A stretch of 63,550 nucleotides of DNA, filler included, from Licmophora abbreviata (lineage: Eukaryota), in the NCBI GenBank assembly GCA_900291995.1. It is 17 parts of 17 records of this genome, joined end to end, with 100 filler letters (N's around TTAATTAATTAA, not from the genome) between each part and the next. Parts side by side here need not be neighbours in the genome. Positions count along the whole stretch, not along the records: positions 32,288 to 44,002 come from OLMU01005283.1; 16 more parts are not named here. One strand, 5' to 3'. The translations under genes and the position numbers were made by a program. This document shows, piece after piece, positions 32,625 to 43,495 of this stretch; within the stretch, counting starts at the first letter, position 1, and every line of letters starts with the position of its first letter. The notes below the pieces were generated by a model, which worked only from the letters and a program-made list of their open reading frames with translations, had not been told where the DNA came from and searched no databases.

Positions 32625-34106
32625 TTGTGCTTGCCGACGGCGATGTGTTGTTGCCCCGTCGCTGCCACGTGCCCCAAGGGGAAAACGGAAAGTCGGCCTC
32701 GTAGCCGCCGATGGTTCAGCCATCCTGCAATCGCCAAATGGCCGGTACTCCTACTAGTGCTCTTTCTGGGTAGTATTGGCCTGGGGGCGTTCTTTGCCCA
32801 TGAAATTAAGTCGGAAGACGATGCAACAGTACTACTCCGATCACAATCTAGTACCTCTCGGCGACGAGAGTCTGCTTTGTTTGGCAACGACGACGCCGCC
32901 ATTCCTAGTCCGGCCTTGATTCCCCCGCTTCAGCTCACCGACTTGCAAGTCGGTTACAAGTATGTTGAATTCCCCGACGATGTTTTCTACATGGAATCCA
33001 TCGCCTTAAACAGGCACTATCAATCCGGCACAGTAGCCTACGTTCCTGTCCAGCGTTTTGTCAATGGCATGGAAGAGTCGCACTTGTATACGATCACACC
33101 GAACTCGACCGTCGCAACGCACGTGGCCGGTCCGATTGCTGCCCCAGATGGCAACACCGACGTGACTATCTTTGGAAGCACTCTTAGCAGTGCAGGAATC
33201 TTGTATTTGTGCGCCTGGAACCGCAACAGTATTCTAGTCTGTGATATTGATGCCTTGTCGCCAGGGACAGTCGCAAAGCTGGTGTGTGCCATTGAAATCG
33301 AAGGAACGACAGCTCCAAATGATGTGGCTCTGCAGCAGGACGACAATGTACTATATGTCGCGGGGGGTACCCCAGCTTGGTTTGGACGGAAACAATTTTC
33401 CAATGCTGCTGTTGGTCAGATCTACAAGGTGGAACTAGACACCGACAATCGTGTTTCGGTGGTGGCAGGTGGCTTCAACACCCTGGCAGGGATCGAAGTT
33501 GTTCGAGACTCGTTGATTGTTGCTCAGCTGTTTGACATTTTCATGACTTCCAGGAAGGAGAACGATGGCCCCACCACCACTCTTTGGGAGGGTCTGGACG
33601 AGAATGACCAAGTTTGGTTGGCCGATAATATCGATGTTTTCAACAACGAGGCGTTGATTTGTCCGGCCTTCTCAACGACATCTGCCGCCAACGCAGAGAA
33701 TATATTGAAACGGTCCGTTCTGTCATCTTTGGTCAATCTGCTGGGTCAGCTTGTAACCAAATTCCTCCGCGGCGAGTCGCTTCAGGAGGCACTTCAAGAC
33801 CCTGAGGTGTCCTTGTTGTTCTCTAATACCTTCATTGAGGAGGGGGTCGACCCCGATCCGGTGCGTCTCATCTTTCTGAAAAATCAAGCAGTTCATCACT
33901 TTGAGATCGATCTAGTCGATACACGACAACAAAATGCTCCTCGGGAGATTCTATCCCGTGACAATCGTGTAGAAGGCATGCGGCACTACTTTAATGACCA
34001 AGTCACGCATGCCGCGCATCTCGGAGACTACATTGCTTGCGTGAACTTTGAGCAACCCCGAGTGCTGCTTCTAGAGGATCAAATCTTTCTCGACGCAATA
34101 CAATAG
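32625..34106 (+). CDS. Membrane-anchored beta-propeller protein (SMP-30/strictosidine synthase/paraoxonase-like); start uncertain
   Basis: N-terminal TM helix; ESIA, PNDVAL, LAGIEV and ADNIDV motifs resemble six-bladed propeller hydrolases. Confidence 0.5.
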   Translation: MCLPTAMCCCPVAATCPKGKTESRPRSRRWFSHPAIAKWPVLLLVLFLGSIGLGAFFAHEIKSEDDATVLLRSQSSTSRRRESALFGNDDAAIPSPALIPPLQLTDLQVGYKYVEFPDDVFYMESIALNRHYQSGTVAYVPVQRFVNGMEESHLYTITPNSTVATHVAGPIAAPDGNTDVTIFGSTLSSAGILYLCAWNRNSILVCDIDALSPGTVAKLVCAIEIEGTTAPNDVALQQDDNVLYVAGGTPAWFGRKQFSNAAVGQIYKVELDTDNRVSVVAGGFNTLAGIEVVRDSLIVAQLFDIFMTSRKENDGPTTTLWEGLDENDQVWLADNIDVFNNEALICPAFSTTSAANAENILKRSVLSSLVNLLGQLVTKFLRGESLQEALQDPEVSLLFSNTFIEEGVDPDPVRLIFLKNQAVHHFEIDLVDTRQQNAPREILSRDNRVEGMRHYFNDQVTHAAHLGDYIACVNFEQPRVLLLEDQIFLDAIQ

Positions 34107-34230
34107 ACTTGACTTTGCCTTCAACGTTTTAGGGCTTGACGCATCCCACAGTCGACAAAACTATCATATCAGGGCAGAACGAAACTAGCACAGGGTCGCC
34201 CTCTGCTGCCAAAATGATGCAATCTAAAGT

Positions 34231-36253
34231 TTAGCGATCCGTTGTCAGCAGACGCACACGATCCTGCGCATGCTCCAACCAGTTGTCTTTCAACTTCATG
34301 CTCTTTTTGTGGTTCTCTAGCGTTTTGAAAAAGGTTGCCTTGTCTAGAATCGCCCCTTCGGTGCCATACGCGGCAGCCTGCCATGCAATGGCCAGTTTCG
34401 AAATCGCTCGTCCCGAAAATTCATTCGTTTCTTGCACGACTTGTTCAATCTCGGCGTCGCCTATGTCCTCGGTAACCACTTTTTTAGCCCAGCGACCGGG
34501 AGGATTCAATAAGTACTTTTCGATGTACATGGCAATCATCTTTCGTCTCTCGTCCACACCTGGTATATCGAACTCTACCATTTCGTCAATACGATCCATC
34601 ACCGCCTCGTCAAACTGCGACGGTTGATTACTCGCATAGACCATCATGAACTTGTCACTTTCCGTACTATGGCATTGCATGGCACGAGTATGAAAACGGC
34701 AAAGAGGTAAGCGGACACGATCGAGTGGCACCGTACGACACATTCCGATTTCATGCAGACGTACCCGGTACGGAACAAAAAAGCATTCAGAGCATTCCGT
34801 TGATCTTCCGAGATCTTGGCTGTTTCTCGGCTCTGTAGAAAAGCATCCGCCTCATCGACAAAGAGCAAGAGGCCCTTTCGGCTCGTCTTGGCCCATTCAA
34901 AGAGCTTGTGCAGCTCTGTTACGGCATCCCGTCCTAACGGCGCAATGTCTCCTCCCGTCAAAATCGCGTACTCCAGCCCCGAGTGTTGCGCCAAGCCACG
35001 GGCGAACATAGTCTTTCCAGTACCTGGAGGCCCATGCAAGAGCAAATGGCGAAAGGGTGCACGATTCTTCTTGGTATGCGCCGTTGACACTGCGATCTTG
35101 CGCAGCTGCTCATCGAGATTCGGTTCCAGCACAATGCCCTTCAAAGCATCCTGCTCCTGCACCCCCACTCCAAAGAGACGCTTCGTGGATGCCAACGGAG
35201 ACGTCAAGAACTGCGATACCGACAGACGCGATGTCTCTCGCACCAGACTCGGTTTCCCCAATCGTGCTTCAATGAAGCGACCCGAAATTCCAATAGCGGT
35301 CCGCGCCGTGTAGACCCCAATCGCAATGCCCGTCACCGTCAATGCTGTATTGCGCAGCTTGTCCTTATCATCCAAATACGAGGAGAGACCTTGTCCAAGA
35401 AGCTTGCCTCCGTCTTCAATGGCTTTGAGGACAGTATCTCTGCGTTCGGCAGCTTCCAATCTGACTTTTTGAAGAATCAAATCGTGGTTTTCACGTTCCT
35501 GGCGAATACGCCCCTCCGCTTCCGCTTTGGCCTTGGCCAGCTCTGTTTTCGTTCGGAGCTCGGCTTCATGTTCGGCTGTCTTGCGACGCATGGCCTCCTG
35601 GCGTGCCACCATTTCTTCCTGCTTCTTGAGCTGTTCTCTGCGATGATGAAGAAGCAAACAAGCGAACCATAAGGTTTCTTTGAGCTACACTTGTTCCAGA
35701 CGTACACATGACACTCTCAATGCACCCATAGAACATCCAGCACCCTTTGAGACTCACTCTTGCATGTATTTTTGTGCGTTCAGCATGTCGACTTGTCTCT
35801 TTCGTTCGAGTTCATCTCGGTACTCGGCACGATGCCGATCGTGCTGCGTCTGCGACTCGAGAGTCTTGCGAGCTTCCTCTGCTTCCTTCCCAATGTTCTG
35901 CTCCCGCATCTGCTGGGCGTACGCGTCCATCTCCGCTCGTTTGGCAGCCGCTTCGTGCTGTAGAAGAAAAAGGTGAGTATAGACAGAAAAAAAATACAAA
36001 CAGGGTTTCTCATTTCTCTTGGTTCATTCTATCGTACCTGTTTCGTCGCTTCCTGCGTCTTGATCAAGTCAATGGCAGCTGAAGAATTGCGAGAGTTATC
36101 CAAGTCGCGAGCAGCTTTGGCAGCTCGTTCGAGTCCTTCTGGATCAAAGCCCGTTACATTGCTACTGCTTCGGCCGCCGTTGGAGGGTGAATTTTCGGGT
36201 GTCATGGCGGATGACAAACTTTCGTCTTTCTTTCGACCGGAGCCTCCAAACAT
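34231..36253 (-). CDS. ATAD3: Mitochondrial AAA+ ATPase ATAD3; introns 35958-36037, 35638-35757 and 34667-34764
   Basis: FDPEGLERAAKAAR, LGKPSLVRETSR, Walker A GPPGTGKT, Walker B LLFVDEAD, SGRAISKL. All three introns are canonical and preserve frame. Confidence 0.95.
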
Positions 36254-36581
36254 GGTCGTAGATGTCAAGTTTAGTTCAGATTAGACAAACTGAAGTGGCA
36301 AAAGACTGTAGAATGCGCTACAGCACAACCATTCGCCCAGGAATGGCGACGAAAAGTGAAGAGATGCAAACACAGCTGGCGGGAAACTATTTTTGCATGC
36401 ACGCAACGCGTTGTGCGGTCCTGACGATACCAGGTTATGAGTTTCTTCAGAAGGCACGCGCTCCATTGATCGGTATCTTTCAGTGGAGCTCGGGAGTCCG
36501 GATTTCAAATTCAGATCGTGCTGTCGTGCGAATCAATCATAATCGTACAACAACAAATCTACACTCTGTCATATAATTTCT

Positions 36582-37370
36582 CTATCTATCAGCCTCGTTT
36601 GCAAAAAAGAAAGGAGCTACTTCTGCGTTCTTCTTGTTTGCCGGCGGCGGTGCCTTCAGCGGTTTGGGTGGGCGAGGTTTCAGATTTCGCTTGGGAAGCG
36701 GTGGAGGGGCCTTGTTCTGAAACGACTCTAGGTCACGACCGAGTTTTTTGGATGTCGCATCCGCCACAGCCTTGGCTTCGTATATTTTCTTGAATGTCCG
36801 GTAGCCATCGTGATTGTGTTTCGCATCGTCATGGCTTACCAACCACTCGTCATAGGCGAGTAGGGCCGCGGCGTCGTAAGGAATATGCAAGTTTTGATTG
36901 GAACTTCGCCTCGAGGACCGTTTCTTCGCACCTGTGCCGGAGAAAGAGGTGGGATCGTCACTGGATGAAGACTGTGTTGCGACCAGAGCAGCAACTGCCA
37001 CGAAGCCCAGTCCAACGACCGGCGTAAGAACAGTCGAATCTCCCAGGCCCGGGATACTACTGATCGAAGGTAGATCGACAGAGGGAAGGTCGAATGCTTT
37101 CAGGTCAGCCAAGTCCACCGGAAGTTGAATCGCTTTCAGATCAAGCACGGGAACGTCGATCGCTTTCAGATCCATCACAGGAAGGTCGATCGCTGGCAGG
37201 CGGACTTGCTTCGGGTCCGGCATTGTGGTGGGCATGGCGGTCGCCCAGTCATCCAGCAAGCCATTGACAATCACCGAGGACGCTGCCTTTTTTGTTCCAG
37301 TCGTAAATCCCTCGACAAGAAAAGGCAAGAGAAGGAAGGAGAACATGCATTGTCTCAGTTTGTTCTTCAT
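36582..37370 (-). CDS. Plastid-targeted single-pass membrane protein with pentapeptide (LPxxD/LKAxD) repeats
   Basis: Signal peptide ending VEG-F; LPAIDLPVMDLKAIDVPVLDLKAI...; TM helix; C-terminal PYDAAALLAY domain. Confidence 0.7.
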   Translation of the reverse strand: MKNKLRQCMFSFLLLPFLVEGFTTGTKKAASSVIVNGLLDDWATAMPTTMPDPKQVRLPAIDLPVMDLKAIDVPVLDLKAIQLPVDLADLKAFDLPSVDLPSISSIPGLGDSTVLTPVVGLGFVAVAALVATQSSSSDDPTSFSGTGAKKRSSRRSSNQNLHIPYDAAALLAYDEWLVSHDDAKHNHDGYRTFKKIYEAKAVADATSKKLGRDLESFQNKAPPPLPKRNLKPRPPKPLKAPPPANKKNAEVAPFFFANEADR

Positions 37371-37847
37371 GATTGCATCGACATTGTCACCACATTGAAC
37401 ATGGCGTTTCGTCTCGGGATTGTCATGTGAAGTGTCGAATGTTGTGGGGTATCTTTTTCTTCAACTTTCGCGCGAGCACGAGGATCGATGTGATTCGATT
37501 CACTCGACTCAACTTTACGTGACCCGATGCTAACTTATGACTCTGACCCAACTTCTAGAGTTGTCTAGACTACCTACCATAACTGCTCAATGGATTTCTC
37601 AACGTTCGCATCCTGCCACTCTTCTCTAGATCGAACACGTTTGCCTCGCAGCAGCCAGTGCTCGAAATGGTGGCGAGGAGCCGATGATCGTGGCTTCCAA
37701 GTTGTTTGTTTGTACGCGGTAGTATATACGCAACGCGGTACCTACCACTCACGAAGCTTGCGCCACTCTGTTGCTCTACGAGTATGTTGCTTATTTTAAA
37801 TCTAGAGATTGGATTGACAACGAATTCATTCAGTCAAATCCGTCTAG

Positions 37848-39770
37848 CTATTCTTCCAAGAGATCAAACAAGCCTTGTACAACCATCGCCATTGCCAGAG
37901 TGTCGAGTTCACAGTATCGTAGCAGCGATGCCTCGGTCTGCGCACGAGTCGTAGGATCGAGGAGACTGTTCTGAAGAATGTTGTAACTCACAATAGCGTC
38001 GCCACCCTGAGAGACGATCGATGAGTCATCGTCAAATACGGCCAGCAAGGAATATGGATCGCAAAGAGTCCCGTCTTCTTCCTTCCACCACTGCATGTCA
38101 GTGAAATTCCTGCTGTTGTAGGTTGGCTGGCCAAACATGTCTTTGGAAGTCTGCGAGAGCTTCAAGGTTGGAAGCAGCAGTTTTTTTAGAGAAGAACTAG
38201 CTCCACTGCCTGGAGCATAGTATCCTTTCTCGCAAAGCCGCATGAGATCAACCATTGCGTTTTCTCCTCCAGACAATAGTGCTTCAAGTCCTTCCCGACC
38301 TGAAAGCGCACCTTGCTCCGATTCGAGCAGTTTGGACAGCACCGTATTTTCGTGAGCCCCCCAACGAAAGACAGTTCCTTCTCCACTGTTCAAACTTTCT
38401 CGTAGCGCCTCGAGAAAAGGTCTGTTCGGACACTCGCCTGGAATGGCATGTAGAAACTCTGAAGAGTGCTCGACGTGTCCGTGTTTGTCCATTTTGTGAT
38501 GTGAAAACTGGAACGCCAGCATTTGAAAGGGGCGTTTGTTCACGGTGAAAGGTAGTGCAGGAGATATTGTCTCGAAATCAATGAAGTGGTACGGATACTG
38601 CCATGTCTCAATTTCGTTCCTCAGATAATCCTTGTCCAGCACAACAGAATCCTTGTTCTGCACTTGGTACCACTGCTTCTCTCTCTGACTCATGCCGGGG
38701 CCTTTCTTCTTTTCGTCTACTCCATCGACCGTGAGCTTCAAATCATTCGGTTCGACATCAGACATGAGATATTTTCCTGCGGATATCAACGTCTCGGCTG
38801 ACTTTCCACCGTAATGTATGTCAATCACAAGATCGTCCTCACTCTGCGGTACGAGACCAGTCACATCAGCGCCCCAGCATGTCGCGAATCCAGACTTGGC
38901 TTTAGCAGCAGTACGAAATTCGCAATCACGACAATGGATACCAATAGGTGGCCTTATAGATTCGAAAAGGATATCCTTTTCAACGAGAGGGCCCCACAAG
39001 GAAACTGCTTCCTCAAAGGTTTCTCCATTAGTTCCTGGCACCGACAGCTCACTACTGCGTACCGCCTCAACGAGTTCGTCGACGTTCACCTCTGTCATCA
39101 GCATTTCATTTGAACCCAACACTTTCTTCCTAGACGATTCCTCGACATTGACGTTCGAGTCGTCCGACACGGGAAACAGTCCATTCAGATTCGGTATCGT
39201 CGTGTTAACTTTTGCCTTGTCTGGCATCACTAAGGAGGCAGTAATATTGTAGTCCGGAAATGCGTGTTGTATGACTAGTTTCTGAAATGCCACATCGCGA
39301 ATGTATGGTAAAAAGGCTGGCTTGATACCGCCCCGCTTGCCAACGATCTGAAACTCTTCGCGAGAATCCCATGCCTTGGCTTTGACTTCCATCAAATGCA
39401 GTTCGTTCGGTGCAGTTTTTCGCAGAATATCAGCCCGTATCAGACAAGGACCAGCCCGGAAGGCGCCTTCGAAGAGTGTAACGGAATCATTTGAGTCCAA
39501 TAACGACTTGGTCTGGACAAGAAGCTCTTCAGTGAAAGCACCCTCGACTTCGACGCCATCGGGGAAAAGGAGACGACTGTACGCCCCGATCTTTTTTCCG
39601 TCGTCTGCGAGATTCTGAAGAAAGCGCCCTGTATCCTTCGCTTTAAAGTCCTTGGAAAGAGCGTATGCCAGTTTGCGGGGACACTCGCAGGCTTTCTGGA
39701 AGAGCGACTTGGTCAGATACCGACGACCTGCGTCCTCAAGAAGTCGGGCATCAATGAAACGCCTGCTCAT
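37848..39770 (-). CDS. DUF2779-containing protein: N-terminal RecB/Cas4-like PD-(D/E)xK nuclease plus C-terminal RNase H-fold (DEDD-like) domain; intronless
   Basis: YLTKSLF...CECPRKL, RADIL...EVK, DVAFQ, C..CEF...C, YPYHFIDFET, FQFSHH, SLKKLLP, LLRYCELDTLAM. Confidence 0.8.
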   Translation of the reverse strand: MSRRFIDARLLEDAGRRYLTKSLFQKACECPRKLAYALSKDFKAKDTGRFLQNLADDGKKIGAYSRLLFPDGVEVEGAFTEELLVQTKSLLDSNDSVTLFEGAFRAGPCLIRADILRKTAPNELHLMEVKAKAWDSREEFQIVGKRGGIKPAFLPYIRDVAFQKLVIQHAFPDYNITASLVMPDKAKVNTTIPNLNGLFPVSDDSNVNVEESSRKKVLGSNEMLMTEVNVDELVEAVRSSELSVPGTNGETFEEAVSLWGPLVEKDILFESIRPPIGIHCRDCEFRTAAKAKSGFATCWGADVTGLVPQSEDDLVIDIHYGGKSAETLISAGKYLMSDVEPNDLKLTVDGVDEKKKGPGMSQREKQWYQVQNKDSVVLDKDYLRNEIETWQYPYHFIDFETISPALPFTVNKRPFQMLAFQFSHHKMDKHGHVEHSSEFLHAIPGECPNRPFLEALRESLNSGEGTVFRWGAHENTVLSKLLESEQGALSGREGLEALLSGGENAMVDLMRLCEKGYYAPGSGASSSLKKLLLPTLKLSQTSKDMFGQPTYNSRNFTDMQWWKEEDGTLCDPYSLLAVFDDDSSIVSQGGDAIVSYNILQNSLLDPTTRAQTEASLLRYCELDTLAMAMVVQGLFDLLEE

Positions 39771-40335
39771 TCTTCTCGTCAAATTTAAATTTGAGCCTTA
39801 CTCGCATAAACTGCGCCCAGATTTCGTGGCTGGACCAACACATTCATTATCCTCATCAGTCAAGGACAGCTGAAAGTTGAAAGCGGACGAAACAGCAAGC
39901 ATTCATCCAGTTGGTTGCTGCATCGATGTCGACGTGAAGCCGCGACGACGCCGCCATCTTCAAATGCATCCCTCGGTTCGCCGTACCAGGTACGGACGCT
40001 ACTTGGTCCGGCACCTAACCCCTCATCACTGTACCTGGCATAGCCGACGACTCATACCTGGTGACGGTACGAAAGAATTTCCTTGTGTAAGTTAGGAACT
40101 ACCCTTGTCTTCTGCAATGGCTCGATGATATGTTACTCAGCCTTCGGGATCGCTCAAATCTTCGCACCAGTACACACGCGATAGTGACCATATTCTCCGG
40201 CTGGCAAAGGTTACATCATGCACGATGATGAAGTAGGGTTTCGCCCCGTTGAAGACACAGTCACACTTATTACTCCGAATTATAAATAAGTTATACAAGG
40301 TGTCAAATCAGATTCACCAAGTGGCGCTCGTGTTC

Positions 40336-41347
40336 TTATATGGCGCGACCAAATTCAAATAGTTCAGCTTCGTTCATCACTTCGCCCAGTCGGCGATAGT
40401 GAAACGACATGGAGTAGGACATGCTCATGCTCATACTGGGCATGCGGGTGGCAACCGGTCCAGTGGGCAGGGAGACTGGGGATGGTGCTGGCCCAGGAAC
40501 AGGTGCAGTTGTTGGGGGTTCAGGGCCAGTTGGTGGATCCGTGACCGTTGGACCAGTAACAGGAGCGACAACAGGTGCCACAGAAGGTACACCTGAGGGC
40601 ATATTTGTCACGGGAGATATCGTTGGATCCAACGCAGTTGTACCTGGGCAATACTCAGGTCGTGGTGGTGTTAGGGATTCCTGTAGAGCACAGCATGATC
40701 GACGAAAACAGGTCATTAGGACACACGTCTAAGAAGCCGTGTCTTTGACACGACAGGCTCCAAGAGACCCACACGAAAAGCGCAGATATACATACGAAAA
40801 CAGTCCACCCAGCACTCGCGCCCTCTTCAAATATGGTTTTGGTGCCACACTGGTTGGTAAAGGCAACTACCCAAACAAGAGTGAGCGTCTGGTCAAACGC
40901 GTTCAGTCCAGTCGCAACCATCTGAAGGCCTCCTGGCACCTCGTCCAGTGAAGTAATATCTCCCGCTGAAACAGACGTGTACGAGAACGTATCTCCGTCT
41001 TTGAAAGAACCCGGAATATCACTTCTTGTGATGACCGTCAGGGTGTAGTCCAGCTCGATGATCTGAACACTTTGTACCGAGACTGGCATGAGGTCGTCAA
41101 TGTCGACTCCCGGTTCCATGCCCGCGACAATGCAAAAGGAACTCTCAATACCGGTTCCTTCTCCTTGCTCGATGTCGATAGGGGGGCACGTGAGAGAAAA
41201 GTCAAACTCGAACTTGTAAGTTGATGGGGAGCAGGAGCAGACTTCTGCACCAATCATCTGAGATCCCGTTGTGGGGAATATGCAAGAGACGAGCAGCACC
41301 AAAACAGAGAGAGCTCCCATGGATCTTGTAGCTTGGGGCCTGCTCAT
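40336..41347 (-). CDS. Secreted Cys-domain + Pro/Thr-rich protein with MSMSMS tail, copy A; intron 40681-40795
   Basis: Signal peptide, CSCSPSTY..C domain, GTATGT..ACAG intron joining ORF 40655 to ORF 40336, C-terminal SMSMSMSYSMSF.YRRL. Confidence 0.8.
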
Positions 41348-42075
41348 ACTGTAGGAACGATAACGATTTTCCTTCGTCAGCACTTGGATCGGTCGTTCGT
41401 TCCAAACAATTTATGAAAGTGTGAGCAGCAAAATAGGTCTGCTTCGACAAGCCTCCGGGTGCGGGTTGAATGGATGCGCGTGTGAGTGTTTGATTCTCAA
41501 GTTACTGCAACAAAGTCTACTTCCTCATATCGTTCGAGCGATAGTCGTCAAAAAGTGAGATCATGTGACAGAGAAATTATCGCATTCGCATGGCAACAAC
41601 AAGACCCAAACGTCAACTTTTTTCAAATTTCAAACTGAGCAAGGTAATCCGGACACGGTCTCATGCACCGAACACCTACATAGACGATGACTACATAAGC
41701 GGATACATAATAACGCGGGAAGATAGAAGCATCCAAATTCTGCAGAGCAGCCTGGACATACCGTACGGTACTCCGCTGCACTAAATGATTTATGATACCA
41801 TACAAGCTCAGCTTCAAATGTGTTGTACTGTAAGTTAGGAGCTACTGTCCTATTGCCTTCTTCATGGCGCCGTAACATGCTCCTCTACCTATAGGATTGG
41901 TCAAGGTCGATCTTGAATCTAGGTACCAGTGTGTATCATGCCTGCGCAGATAGAGGCCAATATCGCCTCTTGAGAAAGCTGCATAGGGTTCCGCCCCGTT
42001 GAAGACATACTCACACTTATTATTAATTAGTTATACAAGGTGTCAAATCATATTCACCAAGTGGCGCTCGTGTTC

Positions 42076-43495
42076 TTATATGGCGCGACCAAATTCAAAT
42101 AATTCAGCTTCGTTCATCACTTCGTCCAGTCGGCGATAGTCAAACGACATGGAGTAAGACATGCTCATGCTCATGTTAGGCATGCGGGTGGGACTCGGTC
42201 CAGTGGGTGGGGAGACTGGGGATGGTGCTGGCCCAGGAACAGGTGCAGTTGTTGGGGGGTCAGGGCCAGTTGGTGGATCCGTAACTGGTGGGCCGGTTAC
42301 AGGTGGATCCGTGACGGGAGGATCTGTGACCGGTGGACCAGTAACAGGGGCGACAAAGGGGGCCGCCGACGGTGCCTCTGACGGGGGGTCCGTAACAGGG
42401 GCGACAGCAGGTGCCACAGAGGGTGACTCTGACGGGGGATCCGTCACAGGAGCGACAACAGGTGCAACGGAGGGTGACTCCGACGGGGGATCCGTCACAG
42501 GAGCGACAATAGGTGCCACGGAGGGTGACTCTGACGGGGGATTGGTCACAGGAGCGACAACAGGTGCCACTGAGGGTGACTCCGACGGGGGATTGGTCAC
42601 AGGAGCGACAACAGGTGCCACCGAGGGTGACTCCGACGGGGGATTGGTCACAGGAGCGACAACAGGTGCCACCGAGGGTGCCTCTGACGGGGGATCCGTC
42701 ACAGGAGCGACAACAGGTGCCACAGAAGGTACACCTGAGGGCATAGTTGTCACGGGAGATATCGTTGGATCCAATGTAGTTGTACCTGGGCAATACTCAG
42801 GTCGTGGTGGTGTTAGGGATTCCTGTAGAGAACAGTACGATAGACGAAAACAGGTCAGTAAGACACATTCTTTTAAGGCAACCGCGTGTTTGACACGACA
42901 GACTCCAAGATTCCCACACGAATAGCACAGATCTACTCACGAAAACAGTCCATCCAGCACTCATGCCTTCTTGAAAGATGGGTTCGATGCCACATTGGTT
43001 GGTAAAGGTAATTGACCAGAGAACAGAGAGGGTCTGGTTCAACGCGTTTTGCCCAGTCACAGTCATCTGAAGGCCTCCTGGCACCTCGTCCAGTGAAGTA
43101 ATATCTCCCGCTGAAACAGACGTGTACGAGAACGTATCTCCGTCTTTGAAAGAACCCGGAATGTTAGTGGGCGGGATGAGCGTCTGGGAGGCACGATCCA
43201 GCTCGATGATCTGAATAGTTTGCACCGAGACTGGCATGAGGTCGTCAATGTCGACTCCCGGTTCCAAGTCCACGACAAAGCAAGAGGAACCCCTAATACC
43301 GGTTCCTTCTCCTTGCTCGATGTCGATCGGGGGGCACGTCAGGGAAAAGTCAAACTTGAACGTATAGGTAGATGGGGAGCAGGAGCAGACCTCTACACCA
43401 ATCATCTGAGATTCCGCAGTTGAGAATATGCAAGAGACGAGCACCGCCAAAACAGGGAGAGTTCTCATCCAGCTTGTAGTTTGAGACCAGCTCAT
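42076..43495 (-). CDS. Secreted Cys-domain + Pro/Thr-rich protein with MSMSMS tail, copy B (repeat-expanded); intron 42823-42940
   Basis: Close paralogue of copy A with the same intron position. Confidence 0.8.
42345..42730 (-). repeat. 51-bp coding tandem repeat (17-aa unit PSVAPVVAPVT[DN]PPSE[SA]), about 7.5 units
   Basis: Repeated acggggga.t.gtcacaggagcgacaacaggtgcc unit. Confidence 0.9.

Noticed and set aside
37848..39770. Cas4-like motifs as evidence of a CRISPR-Cas or casposon locus
   Set aside because: No cas1, polymerase, array or terminal inverted repeats seen nearby.
42161..42925. 254-aa Gly/Thr-rich + strand ORF
   Set aside because: Antisense shadow of the Pro/Thr repeat exon; the minus strand carries the signal peptide and splice sites.
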